A DNA stretch of 64,000 bases from assembly GCA_030740155.1 (NCBI GenBank), contig JASLXV010000041.1, positions 1-64,000 of the forward strand, given 5' to 3'. The notes under the pieces are model-generated. The model was given only the letters and a program-made list of their open reading frames with translations, was not told the origin of the DNA and made no database searches. The DNA comes from Dehalococcoidia bacterium (lineage in GTDB: Bacteria > Chloroflexota > Dehalococcoidia > Lucifugimonadales > UBA3495). Every line of letters begins with the position of its first letter. Positions within the stretch are counted from its first letter, which is position 1. Positions 1-9,476 of this stretch are shown here, one piece after another. The translations under genes were made by a program, and so were the position numbers.

Positions 1-920
1 TGGACATGCCCAACGTGAACACGTTGATCGTGGACCGGGCCGACCGGTTTGGCCTATCCCAGCTCTACCAACTCCGGGGAAGGGTCGGCAGGGGCGATCA
101 CCGGGCCTACACCTACCTGCTCATCCCCCGGGGCCGGCGAATTACGGAGGCGGCGGAACGGAGGGTCCAGGCCATTCTGGAAGCCTCCGATCTGGGCTCC
201 GGTTTCCGCATCGCCATGCGTGACCTGGAGATACGTGGCGCGGGCAACCTGCTGGGTGCGGCGCAAAGCGGCCACATCCAGGAAGTGGGCCTGGACCTCT
301 ACAGCCAGTTGCTCCAGGAGGCCGTCCGCGAGCTGTCCGAGGAAACGGGCCTGGAAGTCCCGGCGCCCAAACAAGACACCACCGAGCTGCCACGGCTGGA
401 GCTGCCCATCCAAGCCCGCATCCCCGAGAGCTACATCGCGCACCTGCCCACCCGGCTGTCCGTATACCAGCAGATTGCCCGCGTCGCCCAGCGGCGGGGC
501 GTGCCGCTGCTTCGGGACGAGCTACTCGACCGGTTCGGACCCGTGCCCCCGGAGGTGGAGAGCCTGCTGCTGCTGGCCGACCTTCGGGCCCTGGGCGCCC
601 ACGTCGGCGTTGAGTCCATGCAGCACAATGGAGAATCGGTTGTGCTGACGCTACGTTCTTCGGTGGGTGGGGCCAGGACCCCCCTGCAGCGGGCCATGGG
701 CCCATTGGTTAACGTCGGCCACAAGCAGATCAGCATGTCCGTGCGGCGCTTGGGAGACCAGTGGCTGTCCCGGCTCACCAAAGTGCTGGAGCGGTTTCAA
801 GTGTTCCAGGCGAAGCTTCAAGCCATGGCGCGGGAGGAAGCCACCGGCGCCGCGGGTGACCCGTCCGGCGATGGAAGGGAGCCCACCGATGCCGCCCGTT
901 TGCCTTTCGGCGGTGCTTAA
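1..920 (+). CDS. mfd: Transcription-repair coupling factor, C-terminal part (starts before window)
   Basis: ADRFGLSQLYQLRGRVGR and DLEIRGAGNLLG..QSGHI motifs, followed by TRCF domain (DELLDRFGPVP). Confidence 0.97.
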   Translation, partial: DMPNVNTLIVDRADRFGLSQLYQLRGRVGRGDHRAYTYLLIPRGRRITEAAERRVQAILEASDLGSGFRIAMRDLEIRGAGNLLGAAQSGHIQEVGLDLYSQLLQEAVRELSEETGLEVPAPKQDTTELPRLELPIQARIPESYIAHLPTRLSVYQQIARVAQRRGVPLLRDELLDRFGPVPPEVESLLLLADLRALGAHVGVESMQHNGESVVLTLRSSVGGARTPLQRAMGPLVNVGHKQISMSVRRLGDQWLSRLTKVLERFQVFQAKLQAMAREEATGAAGDPSGDGREPTDAARLPFGGA

Positions 921-1010
921 ATGAAGCGCCCGCCGGGGTAGGCAAGGGGATTGAAATCGCGGCACGAGGACCCATTCCCGGCGGCTCCGATGAGCAAAAG
1001 GAGATAAGCC

Positions 1011-1562
1011 ATCTCAGCTACTGAAACGACACTCTCCGCCCTGGAGCGCAACTGGCAGATGGTCCATTGGGCGCTGGAGGGCATGACCGAGGCGACCATG
1101 GCCGGCCGCCCCAACGATCAATCCAACTCCATTAGCTGGCTGCTGTGGCACATGACCAGGGTGGCTGACCGCTTCATCCATACCCGGTTGAAGGGTGCGC
1201 CGCAACTGTGGATCGAGGACGGTTGGCACGGGAAGTTCGGGATGCCCGCCGACCCTCACGACTTCGGCATGGGCTGGAGCCTGGAGGAGGTGGCTGCCTG
1301 GCAGCCGCCGGGTAGGGAGGTGCTGGTGGAGTACTTCGAAGCCGCGAACTCCGCAACCCGGGACTATCTCCGGCCTCTCACGGCGTCCGGCCTGGAGCGG
1401 AAGATATACTTTCCCGCTCCCCCCGACACGATTTCCGTTGGCGACGCCCTGGGCATCCTGGTCTGGGACAACATCGCCCACGGCGGCCAGATTGCCTACC
1501 TGCGGGGCTACTATCAGGGTATGGGCTGGCAGCGGGAGAGACAGAACCCTCGCTTGATCTAG
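1011..1562 (+). CDS. DinB-family protein; start ATC 1011 or ATG 1059
   Basis: NSISWLLWHMTR and late HGGQIAYLRG His motifs typical of the DinB fold; GGAG upstream of 1011. Confidence 0.8.
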   Translation: MSATETTLSALERNWQMVHWALEGMTEATMAGRPNDQSNSISWLLWHMTRVADRFIHTRLKGAPQLWIEDGWHGKFGMPADPHDFGMGWSLEEVAAWQPPGREVLVEYFEAANSATRDYLRPLTASGLERKIYFPAPPDTISVGDALGILVWDNIAHGGQIAYLRGYYQGMGWQRERQNPRLI

Positions 1563-1889
1563 CCTCAAAATGCCTGTGAGCAAACCTAGCGGGTAGCCGT
1601 CTCTGCTCTTAATGGCAGATTGCCGCCCGCCAAGCGCCGTGAAACGGACCCCGGCGTTGACTGGCGCGAAGAGCTGGATGTACACTCCCGCCGCGGGCCG
1701 TCGTTTCCAATAGGCCGTGCTCGGGGCCGTCGAAGGGCAAGAAGCCGGACGAGCAACCCATTAAGCCGGAATCTGTCCGCAACCCAGGCGCCCATTTCAA
1801 CCGGGAGCACGGTAGGCTCGGGCCTCCCATACACTCAGACCGGTGGCCGGCCTCTTTACCTCACCCCTGACAACTTTCGGGAGACGATT

Positions 1890-3620
1890 ATGGCACGGCA
1901 GGCCAAGGGCAAACCACGCCCCGGCGGCAAAAGAGAAGGCTCGGCCCTTGACCCGGCGGCCAAACGGCAGTGGGAGCAAACGGTACTCAAGGCGGAGTTG
2001 AAGGGGAAGCCGGAGAGGCAAGAGGAGTTCCGCACCCTGGGCGGGGAGTACCCGGTGGAGCGGCTGTACGCCCCGGCCGGCGCCGAGCACGCGGATTATC
2101 TGCGGGACGTCGGTTTTCCGGGTCAGTACCCCTTCACCCGGGGCCGGTATGCCGCGGGCTACCGCAACTTCGAGTGGCCCCACGACTTCTATACCGGCTA
2201 TGGCGGCGGCGAGGACGCCAACCAGCGGTACCGTCAACTGGTCGCCCACGGCGCAACCTCGCTGACCATGGCCATGGACCTGCCAACCCAGCTAGGATAC
2301 GACCCGGACCACCCCATGGCGGCCGGGGAACCGGGAAGGGTGGGGGTGGCCGTCGGCTCCCTCCGGGACGCAGAGGACCTGCTGGAGGGCGTTCCGCTGG
2401 ACCGGGTGGGCATCAGCACCGTGGGTAACTGCATCGGACCCTACGTCTTGGCCCTGTTCCGGTCGGTCGGCCAGGTGAAGGGCTACGACCCGCGGCGGAT
2501 GCGGGTGCGTCTTCAGAACGATCCGATAAAGGAGTACACGGGGCGAGGCACCTACATCTTCCCCATCCGCATGGCCCTCGAGTTGTCCATGGACGTGGTG
2601 GAGTACGTCATCGAGAACCTGCCCGGCTGGGTCCCTCAGTACGTGTGCAGCACCCAGGTACGATGGGGCGGTGTGGGTCCCGCCGAGGAGACGGCTTTTG
2701 GCATCGCCAACTTTCTCACCTACGTGGAGGCGGGCCTGGCGCGTGGGCTGAAGCTGGAACAGTTGGTGCCCACCATGGACCTTCACATGTCCACCGAAGG
2801 GGACATCTTCGAAGAGGTAGCCAAGTTCCGCGCCACCAGGCGGCTCTTTGCCAAGCTCATCAACGAGCGGTACAACGTTGACGACCCGGGAATCGCCGGG
2901 CTGCGTCTTTCCACCTACACCTCTGGACACCGTTTGACGGCCCAGCAGCCCCTCAACAATGTGGTTCGCAGCACCCTGCACGTGCTGGCGGCCATGCTGG
3001 GCGGCGTGGAGCATATCTGGGCGCCCGCCTACGACGAAGCTCTGGCCCTGCCGACCTACGAGTCCACCCGGGTTGCCCAGCTCACCAAGCAAATCATCCA
3101 CCACGAAAGCGGTGTCACCAACACGGTGGACCCCCTGGCCGGCTCCTACTTCATGGAGGACCTGACGGCCAAGCTGGAGGAGGAGGCTCGCCTCATCCTC
3201 GACCAGGTTGACGGCATGGGCGGGGCCATCCCGGCCATCGAGGCAGGGTTCTACGACCGGAAAATGGTGGAGGGGACGGTGCGGTACCAGCGGCAGGTGG
3301 ACAGTGGGGAACGGGTTGTCATCGGAGTCAACAAGTTCCAGGAGCAGGAGGAGCAGCCCGTGACCATCTTCCAGGTCCATCCGGAGACGGAGCAGCGCCT
3401 GGTCCAGCGCGTTGTGCGGCTCCGCCAGGAGCGGGACGGCGCCCGGGCGAAGGAGACTCTGGCGCGGTTAGAGGACGCTTGCCAGCGGAAGGTGGAGAAC
3501 CCCCATTACAACACCGTTCCCGCCATGCTGGAAGCGGTCCAGGCGTCCTGCACCGTCGGCGAGATCTTCGGCGTGATGCGGGATGCCTTCGGCGAGCACG
3601 TTCATTCGGGAACCTTCTAG
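1890..3620 (+). CDS. B12-dependent acyl-CoA mutase family large subunit, highly divergent
   Basis: PGQYPFTRG, DLPTQLGYDPD, QND..KEY..RGTYIFP, EEVAKFRA, DEALALPT, DPLAGSY, IGVNKF; GGAG before ATG 1890. Confidence 0.92.
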   Translation: MARQAKGKPRPGGKREGSALDPAAKRQWEQTVLKAELKGKPERQEEFRTLGGEYPVERLYAPAGAEHADYLRDVGFPGQYPFTRGRYAAGYRNFEWPHDFYTGYGGGEDANQRYRQLVAHGATSLTMAMDLPTQLGYDPDHPMAAGEPGRVGVAVGSLRDAEDLLEGVPLDRVGISTVGNCIGPYVLALFRSVGQVKGYDPRRMRVRLQNDPIKEYTGRGTYIFPIRMALELSMDVVEYVIENLPGWVPQYVCSTQVRWGGVGPAEETAFGIANFLTYVEAGLARGLKLEQLVPTMDLHMSTEGDIFEEVAKFRATRRLFAKLINERYNVDDPGIAGLRLSTYTSGHRLTAQQPLNNVVRSTLHVLAAMLGGVEHIWAPAYDEALALPTYESTRVAQLTKQIIHHESGVTNTVDPLAGSYFMEDLTAKLEEEARLILDQVDGMGGAIPAIEAGFYDRKMVEGTVRYQRQVDSGERVVIGVNKFQEQEEQPVTIFQVHPETEQRLVQRVVRLRQERDGARAKETLARLEDACQRKVENPHYNTVPAMLEAVQASCTVGEIFGVMRDAFGEHVHSGTF

Positions 3621-3638
3621 CAGGAGGTCTCAGGGACC

Positions 3639-4067
3639 ATGACCACCCCATTGCAACCGAAGCGGGCGCAACCGGTTCGGGTCCTGGTGGCCAAGCCCGG
3701 CCTGGACGGCCATGAAATGGGCGCCAAGCTGGTGGCCCGCATCCTGCGGGACGCGGCCATGGAGGTGGTGTACACCGGGCCTCGCCAGTCCCCGGAGATG
3801 GTGGTTGCGGCCGCCCTCCAGGAGGATGTCGACATCATCGGCTTGAGCTTCCTCTCCGGCTCACATGAAGGGCATTGCCGCCGGATTCTGGGGCTTCTTA
3901 AAGAACAGGGACTTGGCGATATCACCGTGATTGTCGGGGGCATCATTCCCCAGCAGGACATCCCGGCGCTGAAGTCCATGGGTGTAGCCGCGGTGTTTGG
4001 CCCGGGCACCGACCACCGGGACATCATCCGAACGGTGCAGGACTTGGCGAAGGGCTGCGGGGGGTAA
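3639..4067 (+). CDS. Cobalamin-binding small subunit of mutase
   Basis: KPGLDGHEMG (DxHxxG), SxL, VGGIIP, FGPG. Confidence 0.95.
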   Translation: MTTPLQPKRAQPVRVLVAKPGLDGHEMGAKLVARILRDAAMEVVYTGPRQSPEMVVAAALQEDVDIIGLSFLSGSHEGHCRRILGLLKEQGLGDITVIVGGIIPQQDIPALKSMGVAAVFGPGTDHRDIIRTVQDLAKGCGG

Positions 4068-4097
4068 CTCGCGGAAGCCAGGCCGGCTCCAGGCCGG

Positions 4098-4126
4098 TTG
4101 ACGGCGTTGGTGAGAGATACTACCAT
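4098..4126 (+). promoter_or_regulatory. sigma70-type promoter for acyl-CoA dehydrogenase genes
   Basis: TTGACG-17 nt-TACCAT; near-identical copy on the minus strand at 9477-9505. Confidence 0.75.
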
Positions 4127-4251
4127 GGCCCTCGTCGGAGATGGCGCCTTGGCCGTGCCCCAGCGCGTCGTTTTGCGACACTTCGAGCCGCGAATGTCCG
4201 TCCCGCAACCATTCCGTGGTTGCGCTCTATTCCTCCGGCAGGAGGGCCGCC

Positions 4252-5427
4252 GTGGACTTCAAGTTCAGCCCGGAAGACGACACCTTTCGCAACGACCTCC
4301 GAGGTTTCCTCGAAACGGAGCTTCCTCCCGATTGGGAGGGCCAAGGCCGGCGGCCCGAGGTTCAAAATTGGGACTTTGCCAGGCAAGTGCGCAAGAAGCT
4401 GGCGGCCAGGGGCTGGTTGACCATGCACTGGCCGGAGGAGTACGGCGGTCAAAACGTTTCGCACGTGCGCACGGCCATCTTCAACGAGGAAATGACCTAC
4501 CTGCGGGCTCCGGGGCGGGACCATGCCGGGGTCCGGATGCTGGCCCCCACCTTGATGATTCACGGCTCCGAGGAGCAGAAGCAGACCCACCTCCCTCCGG
4601 TCGCCCGAGGTGAGGTCCAGTGGTGCCAGGGGTACAGCGAGCCGGAGACGGGGTCGGACCTCGGCTCTCTCAGCATCCGCGCCGTCCGGGATGGCGACGA
4701 CTTCGTCATCAACGGCAGGAAAATATGGACCAGCCTGGCCCACCTGGCGGATTGGATAATGCTGTTGACCCGATCCGACCCCGACGCCCCCAAGCACCGG
4801 GGTATCAGCTTCATCCTGGTGGATATGAAGACCCCGGGAATCGAGGTGCGGCCCATCGACAACATCGCCGGGGGCCGGGAGTTCAACCAGGTAATCTTCG
4901 ATAACGTCCGGGTCCCCCGCAAGAACGTGGTCGGGGAGGAGGACCGGGGTTGGTATGTGGCCGTGACCCTGCTGGACTTCGAGCGGTCCGGCATCGACTT
5001 TTCGGCCGCGGCCCGCCGCTTGCTGGACGACGTGCGGGGGTACGCCGCCGAGACCACCCGCCAGGGCCGGGCCTTGATCGACACCCCCTGGGTGCGCAGC
5101 CTGTTGGCCGACCGGTACATCGAATGCGAAGCGGCCCGCCTGATGGCCTATCACGTGGCCTACATGCAGAGTCAGGGGCTGGTGCCCAACAAAGAGGCAT
5201 CCACGAGCAAGGTATTCGGGACCGAGACACTCCACCGGGCGACGGTGGCGGGGATGCAGGTTCTGGGCCCTTATGGAGCGCTGGGCCGTGGGGAAAAATG
5301 GGCGCCCCTCCGGGGCCGGGTTCAGGAAAACTGGATGATCAGCTTTTCCAACACGATCGCCGGGGGGACCTCCGAGATCCAGCGGAACATCATCGCCAGC
5401 AGAGGCCTGGGCCTTCCCCGAGGCTGA
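4252..5427 (+). CDS. Acyl-CoA dehydrogenase (FadE26/FadE34-like type)
   Basis: WCQGYSEPETGSDL, INGRKIWTS, LDFER, TIAGGTSEIQRNII; GGAG before GTG 4252. Confidence 0.95.
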   Translation: MDFKFSPEDDTFRNDLRGFLETELPPDWEGQGRRPEVQNWDFARQVRKKLAARGWLTMHWPEEYGGQNVSHVRTAIFNEEMTYLRAPGRDHAGVRMLAPTLMIHGSEEQKQTHLPPVARGEVQWCQGYSEPETGSDLGSLSIRAVRDGDDFVINGRKIWTSLAHLADWIMLLTRSDPDAPKHRGISFILVDMKTPGIEVRPIDNIAGGREFNQVIFDNVRVPRKNVVGEEDRGWYVAVTLLDFERSGIDFSAAARRLLDDVRGYAAETTRQGRALIDTPWVRSLLADRYIECEAARLMAYHVAYMQSQGLVPNKEASTSKVFGTETLHRATVAGMQVLGPYGALGRGEKWAPLRGRVQENWMISFSNTIAGGTSEIQRNIIASRGLGLPRG

Positions 5428-5535
5428 GGTCCGGGCGGGCCGCTGGCCGCGGAGCGGGAAAGGACCGCGCCCAAAGGCCCGTCGTCATGCGACTATTGAG
5501 TAGTCGAACCCTATTTATCGAACAGGAGAGTCAGC

Positions 5536-6711
5536 GTGGATTTCAAGTTCAGCACGGAAGACGACACCTTTCGCCGGGAACTCCGAGAGTTTGTACAAGC
5601 GGAGCTTCCATCCGATTGGGAGGGCCCCGGCCGGTGGCCCGATGATTACGATTGGGACCTTACCCGGCGGATGCGCAAGAAGATGGCGGCCAGGGGCTGG
5701 CTGACCATGCACTGGCCGGAGTCGTTTGGCGGCCAGGACGCGTCGCCGGTGCGCAATGCCATTCTCAACGAGGAAATGACCTACATGCGGGCTCCGGGCC
5801 GGGACATATTCGGGGTCCGGATGCTGGCTCCCACGTTGATGATCAACGGCACCGAAGAGCAGCGGCAGGCCCATCTTCCCGGGGTTGCCAAGGGTGAGGT
5901 CAATTGGTGCCAGGGGTTCAGCGAGCCGGAATCTGGGTCGGACCTGGCTTCCCTCAGCACCCGCGCCATCCGGGATGGCGACGACTTCGTCATCAACGGC
6001 AGCAAGATTTGGACCACACTGGCCCACCGGGCGGATTGGATGATGCTGTTGACCCGCACCGAACCCGACGCCCCAAAACACCGGGGCATCAGCTTTATTC
6101 TGGTGGATATGAAAACCCCGGGCATCGAGGTGCGGCCCATCACCAACATTACCGGGACTCAGGAATTCAACCAGGTAATCTTCGATAACGTCCGGGTGCC
6201 CCGCCGGAACGTGGTCGGAGAGGAGGACCGGGGCTGGTACGTGGCCGTGACTCTGTTGGACTTCGAACGGTCCGCCGTCGATTACTCGGCCTGGGCCCAC
6301 CGGTTGTTGGACGATGTTCGGGGGTACGCCGTGGAGACCACCCGCAACGGCCGGCCCCTGATCGGGACCCCCTGGGTGCGGAACCTGCTGGCCAACGGGT
6401 TCATCGAAACCGAGGTGGCCCGCCTGATGGCCTACAACGTGGCCTACATGCAGGGCAAGGGACTGGTGCCCAACCGGGAGGCGTCCATGAGCAAGCTGTT
6501 CGGGAGCGAGACCCTCCACCGGGCGACAGTGGCCGGGATGGAGATCCTGGGCCTGTACGGAACACTGGGTCGCGGCGAGAAGTGGGCGCCCCTCCGGGGC
6601 CGGATCCAGGAAAACTGGCTGATGAGCTTCTCCCACACGGTCGGCGGCGGGACCTCCGAAGTCCAGCGAAACATCATCGCCAGCCGGGGTCTGGGCCTTC
6701 CCCGAGGTTGA
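5536..6711 (+). CDS. Acyl-CoA dehydrogenase, tandem paralog of 4252-5427
   Basis: Same motifs, same length, long identical stretches with the upstream copy. Confidence 0.95.
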   Translation: MDFKFSTEDDTFRRELREFVQAELPSDWEGPGRWPDDYDWDLTRRMRKKMAARGWLTMHWPESFGGQDASPVRNAILNEEMTYMRAPGRDIFGVRMLAPTLMINGTEEQRQAHLPGVAKGEVNWCQGFSEPESGSDLASLSTRAIRDGDDFVINGSKIWTTLAHRADWMMLLTRTEPDAPKHRGISFILVDMKTPGIEVRPITNITGTQEFNQVIFDNVRVPRRNVVGEEDRGWYVAVTLLDFERSAVDYSAWAHRLLDDVRGYAVETTRNGRPLIGTPWVRNLLANGFIETEVARLMAYNVAYMQGKGLVPNREASMSKLFGSETLHRATVAGMEILGLYGTLGRGEKWAPLRGRIQENWLMSFSHTVGGGTSEVQRNIIASRGLGLPRG

Positions 6712-6740
6712 GGTCCGGGCGGGCATTGAAGCCGAACGCA

Positions 6741-6768
6741 GAAAAGGGGGCCGCTACGGCCCCCTTTC
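6741..6768. terminator. Probable bidirectional intrinsic terminator
   Basis: GAAAAGGGGGCCG-CTA-CGGCCCCCTTTC between convergent genes. Confidence 0.75.
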
Positions 6769-6810
6769 TAGTCTCGGAGTTCCCCGGCATGAGACCCCGG
6801 GGCGCCCAGC

Positions 6811-7932
6811 CTAGGTCATCGCGGAGAAGCCCTGCAACCTTTGCAACACCTCAAGAGCGCCCAAGACCAGGTCATCCATTATCCTGGCGGCGGGTTTAGA
6901 TTCCTTGAGCAGACCGCCGATCTGCCCCGCCGGGTTGTTTATCAAATCCTGGCGTCCCGCTTGGTGCGCCGCGTCCACCAGGTCTTCCATCAGGGCCCCC
7001 TGCAAGGGCATGGGCAACGGGTCCAGGTCCGAGTTCTCCCACGCATCCATGACCACGTTCTTGTATTGGCGGACAGGCTTCCCGGTGGAGGACCGGCTGG
7101 TCGGGAAGTCCTCGGAGGCTCCCCGGAGGATGTCCTCCTTATGGAGGTCTGGAATCTCGCACTCCTCGGCTACCAGGAAGGCGGTGCCGACCCAAGCTCC
7201 CACGGCGCCCAGGGCCAGGGCGGCGGCAACTCCTCGCCCGTCTCCGATGCCTCCCGCCGCGATTACCGGGGTGGGCGCGACGACATCTACGACCTGGGGG
7301 ATCAAAGGGAAGTTCGCGATTCTGCCGGTATGCCCACCGGCCTCGAATCCCTGGGCCACGACGATGTCCACGCCGGCCTCCATCTGCCGCCGGGCATGGC
7401 GCACCGAGCCCGCCATGCCGAAGACGGTGATGCCTTGCTCGTGGGCCATCGGGACCATCCAAGATGGGTCGCCCAGAGCCGCCGCGAACACCGGGACCTT
7501 CTCCTCCAGCACCACCTCCACCGCCTCCTGAACGTTCTTGCGGGTAACCAGCCTCTTCCTCTCCGCATAGGCGTCCGGAAGGTTGAATTCTCGCATCAAG
7601 CTCTGGACGAACGCCACGTGTTTGGGGTATTCACGCCGGAGCTGTTCCCGGACGGCCGAGCGGGTGTCTCCGGTTTCGGCCAGGCTGACGGGCAGGAGCA
7701 AGTCCACCCCGAAGGGCTTGTCCGTCAGTAGCCGGACCTCCTGAATGCAAGCGCGGAGATCCGCGAGGTCCAGTCCGGTACCCCCAATGACACCCAGGCC
7801 GCCGGCGTTGGAGACCGCCGCGACGAGGCTGGGCGGCGTGACCTGGCCCCTCCCGCCCATGCCTGCCAAGCAGATGGGGTACTCGATCCCAAGACGGTCG
7901 CAGAGTGGGGTCCGCAAAGCCGGTCTTTCCAT
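6811..7932 (-). CDS. Nitronate monooxygenase / FabK-like FMN oxidoreductase
   Basis: LGIEYPICLAGMG, AVSNAGGLGVIG, AQGFEAGGHTG, PVIAAGGIGDGRG, VGTAF. Confidence 0.93.
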   Translation of the reverse strand: MERPALRTPLCDRLGIEYPICLAGMGGRGQVTPPSLVAAVSNAGGLGVIGGTGLDLADLRACIQEVRLLTDKPFGVDLLLPVSLAETGDTRSAVREQLRREYPKHVAFVQSLMREFNLPDAYAERKRLVTRKNVQEAVEVVLEEKVPVFAAALGDPSWMVPMAHEQGITVFGMAGSVRHARRQMEAGVDIVVAQGFEAGGHTGRIANFPLIPQVVDVVAPTPVIAAGGIGDGRGVAAALALGAVGAWVGTAFLVAEECEIPDLHKEDILRGASEDFPTSRSSTGKPVRQYKNVVMDAWENSDLDPLPMPLQGALMEDLVDAAHQAGRQDLINNPAGQIGGLLKESKPAARIMDDLVLGALEVLQRLQGFSAMT

Positions 7933-8069
7933 CTTGATGCCTCCTTGCCCAGTCCCGGTTTGTCATTTTGATGCGAGGTGTTTCCCGGATGCCAATCCGC
8001 CGGTTGGGCCGTGGCAGACACCTCCGGCTCAGACCCCGAAGCCGGAAGCCGGGCGCCGGACGAGCCCGC

Positions 8070-8138
8070 GGGGGTCTGGGTTTTCCCCGAGGCTGAGCCC
8101 CGGCCGGTGCATTGGTCGTGGAGCAATAAGGGACCGCG
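8070..8138 (+). pseudogene. Remnant of an acyl-CoA dehydrogenase 3' end and downstream flank
   Basis: Reads GLGFPRG-stop versus GLGLPRG-stop in both ACADs; following bases resemble 5428-5469. Confidence 0.65.
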
Positions 8139-8149
8139 GAGAGCCTTGC

Positions 8150-9277
8150 CTAGGTCACCGCAACGAAGCCCCGCAACCGTTGCAGCACCTCCACGGCGCC
8201 CTGGACCAGCTCATCCATTATCCTGGCGGCGGGCTTGGATTCCTTGAGCATCCCACCGATCTGTCCCGCCGGGCTGTTTATCAGATCGTGGCGTCCCGCT
8301 TGTTCCGCCGCGTCCACCAGGTCTTCCATCAGGGCGCCCTGCAATGGCATGGGCAACGGTTCCAGGTCCGAGTTCTCCCACGCATCCATGACCACGTTCC
8401 TGAATTGCCGGACCGTCTTCCCGGTGTAGGTTCGGCTGATGGCGAAGTCTTCGGTGACTCCCTGGAGGATGTCCTCCTTGTGGCGGTCCGGTATCTGGCA
8501 CTCCTCGGCCACCAGGAAGGCGGAGCCAACCCAAGCTCCCACGGCGCCCAGGGCCAGGGCGGCGGCGACTCCTCGCCCGTCTCCGATGCCCCCCGCCGCG
8601 ATCACCGGCATGGGCGCGACGATGTCCACGACCTGGGGAATCAAGGGGAAGTTCGCGATTCTGCCGGTATGGCCGCCGGCCTCGTGTCCCTGGGCCACGA
8701 CGATGTCCACTCCGGCCTCCATCTGTCGCCGGGCATGGCGCACCGAGCCCGCCATGCCGAAGACGGTGATGCCTTGCTCGCGGGCCAGAGGGACCACCCA
8801 GGACGGGTCGCCCAGGGCCGCCGCGAACACCGGTACCTTCTCCTCCAGCACCACCTCCACCAGCTCCTTGACGTTCTTGCGGGTGACAAGCCGCTTCCTC
8901 TCGGTATAGGCGTCCGGAAGGTTGAATTCCCGCATCAAGCTCTGGACGAACGCCACGTGTTTGGGGTATTCACGCCGGAGTTGTTCACGGACGGCCGAGC
9001 GGGTGTCCGCCGTTTCGGCCAGGCTGACGGGCAGGAGCAAATCCACCCCGAAGGGCCTATCCGTCAGGGACCGGACCTCCTGAATGCAAGCGCGGAGATG
9101 CTCGGGGCTGAGTCCCGAACCCCCGATGACGCCCAGACCGCCGGCATTGGAGACCGCCGACACGAGCTTGGGCGGTGTGGCTCTGCCCCGGCTTCCCATG
9201 CCTGCCAAGCAGATGGGGTACTCGATCCCCAGACGGTCGCAGAGCGGGGTACGCAAGGCCTGCCTTTCCATATCCAT
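8150..9277 (-). CDS. Nitronate monooxygenase-family protein, tandem paralog of 6811-7932
   Basis: Same motifs, near-identical protein; AAGGAGG RBS. Confidence 0.93.
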   Translation of the reverse strand: MDMERQALRTPLCDRLGIEYPICLAGMGSRGRATPPKLVSAVSNAGGLGVIGGSGLSPEHLRACIQEVRSLTDRPFGVDLLLPVSLAETADTRSAVREQLRREYPKHVAFVQSLMREFNLPDAYTERKRLVTRKNVKELVEVVLEEKVPVFAAALGDPSWVVPLAREQGITVFGMAGSVRHARRQMEAGVDIVVAQGHEAGGHTGRIANFPLIPQVVDIVAPMPVIAAGGIGDGRGVAAALALGAVGAWVGSAFLVAEECQIPDRHKEDILQGVTEDFAISRTYTGKTVRQFRNVVMDAWENSDLEPLPMPLQGALMEDLVDAAEQAGRHDLINSPAGQIGGMLKESKPAARIMDELVQGAVEVLQRLRGFVAVT

Positions 9278-9476
9278 GCCTCCTTGCCCAATGCCACCTT
9301 GTCACTCGGAGTTGGGTGTCCCGGATGCCATTCCGCGGGTTGGGTCTTTCAAGACGCCTCCCGCTCAGACCCCGAAGCCGGAAGCTGGGCGCCGGCGAAG
9401 CCCCCGGTGTCTTCCGCCGGGTTTCCCCATACTCAAATGCCTGAACGCAACCAAGGTACCGATCTTGACGAGGGGT

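Noticed and set aside
1563..1889. Cobalamin riboswitch before the mutase, or the 666-aa extended ORF
   Set aside because: No B12-box-like sequence recognised; the extension before ATG 1890 has no family motifs
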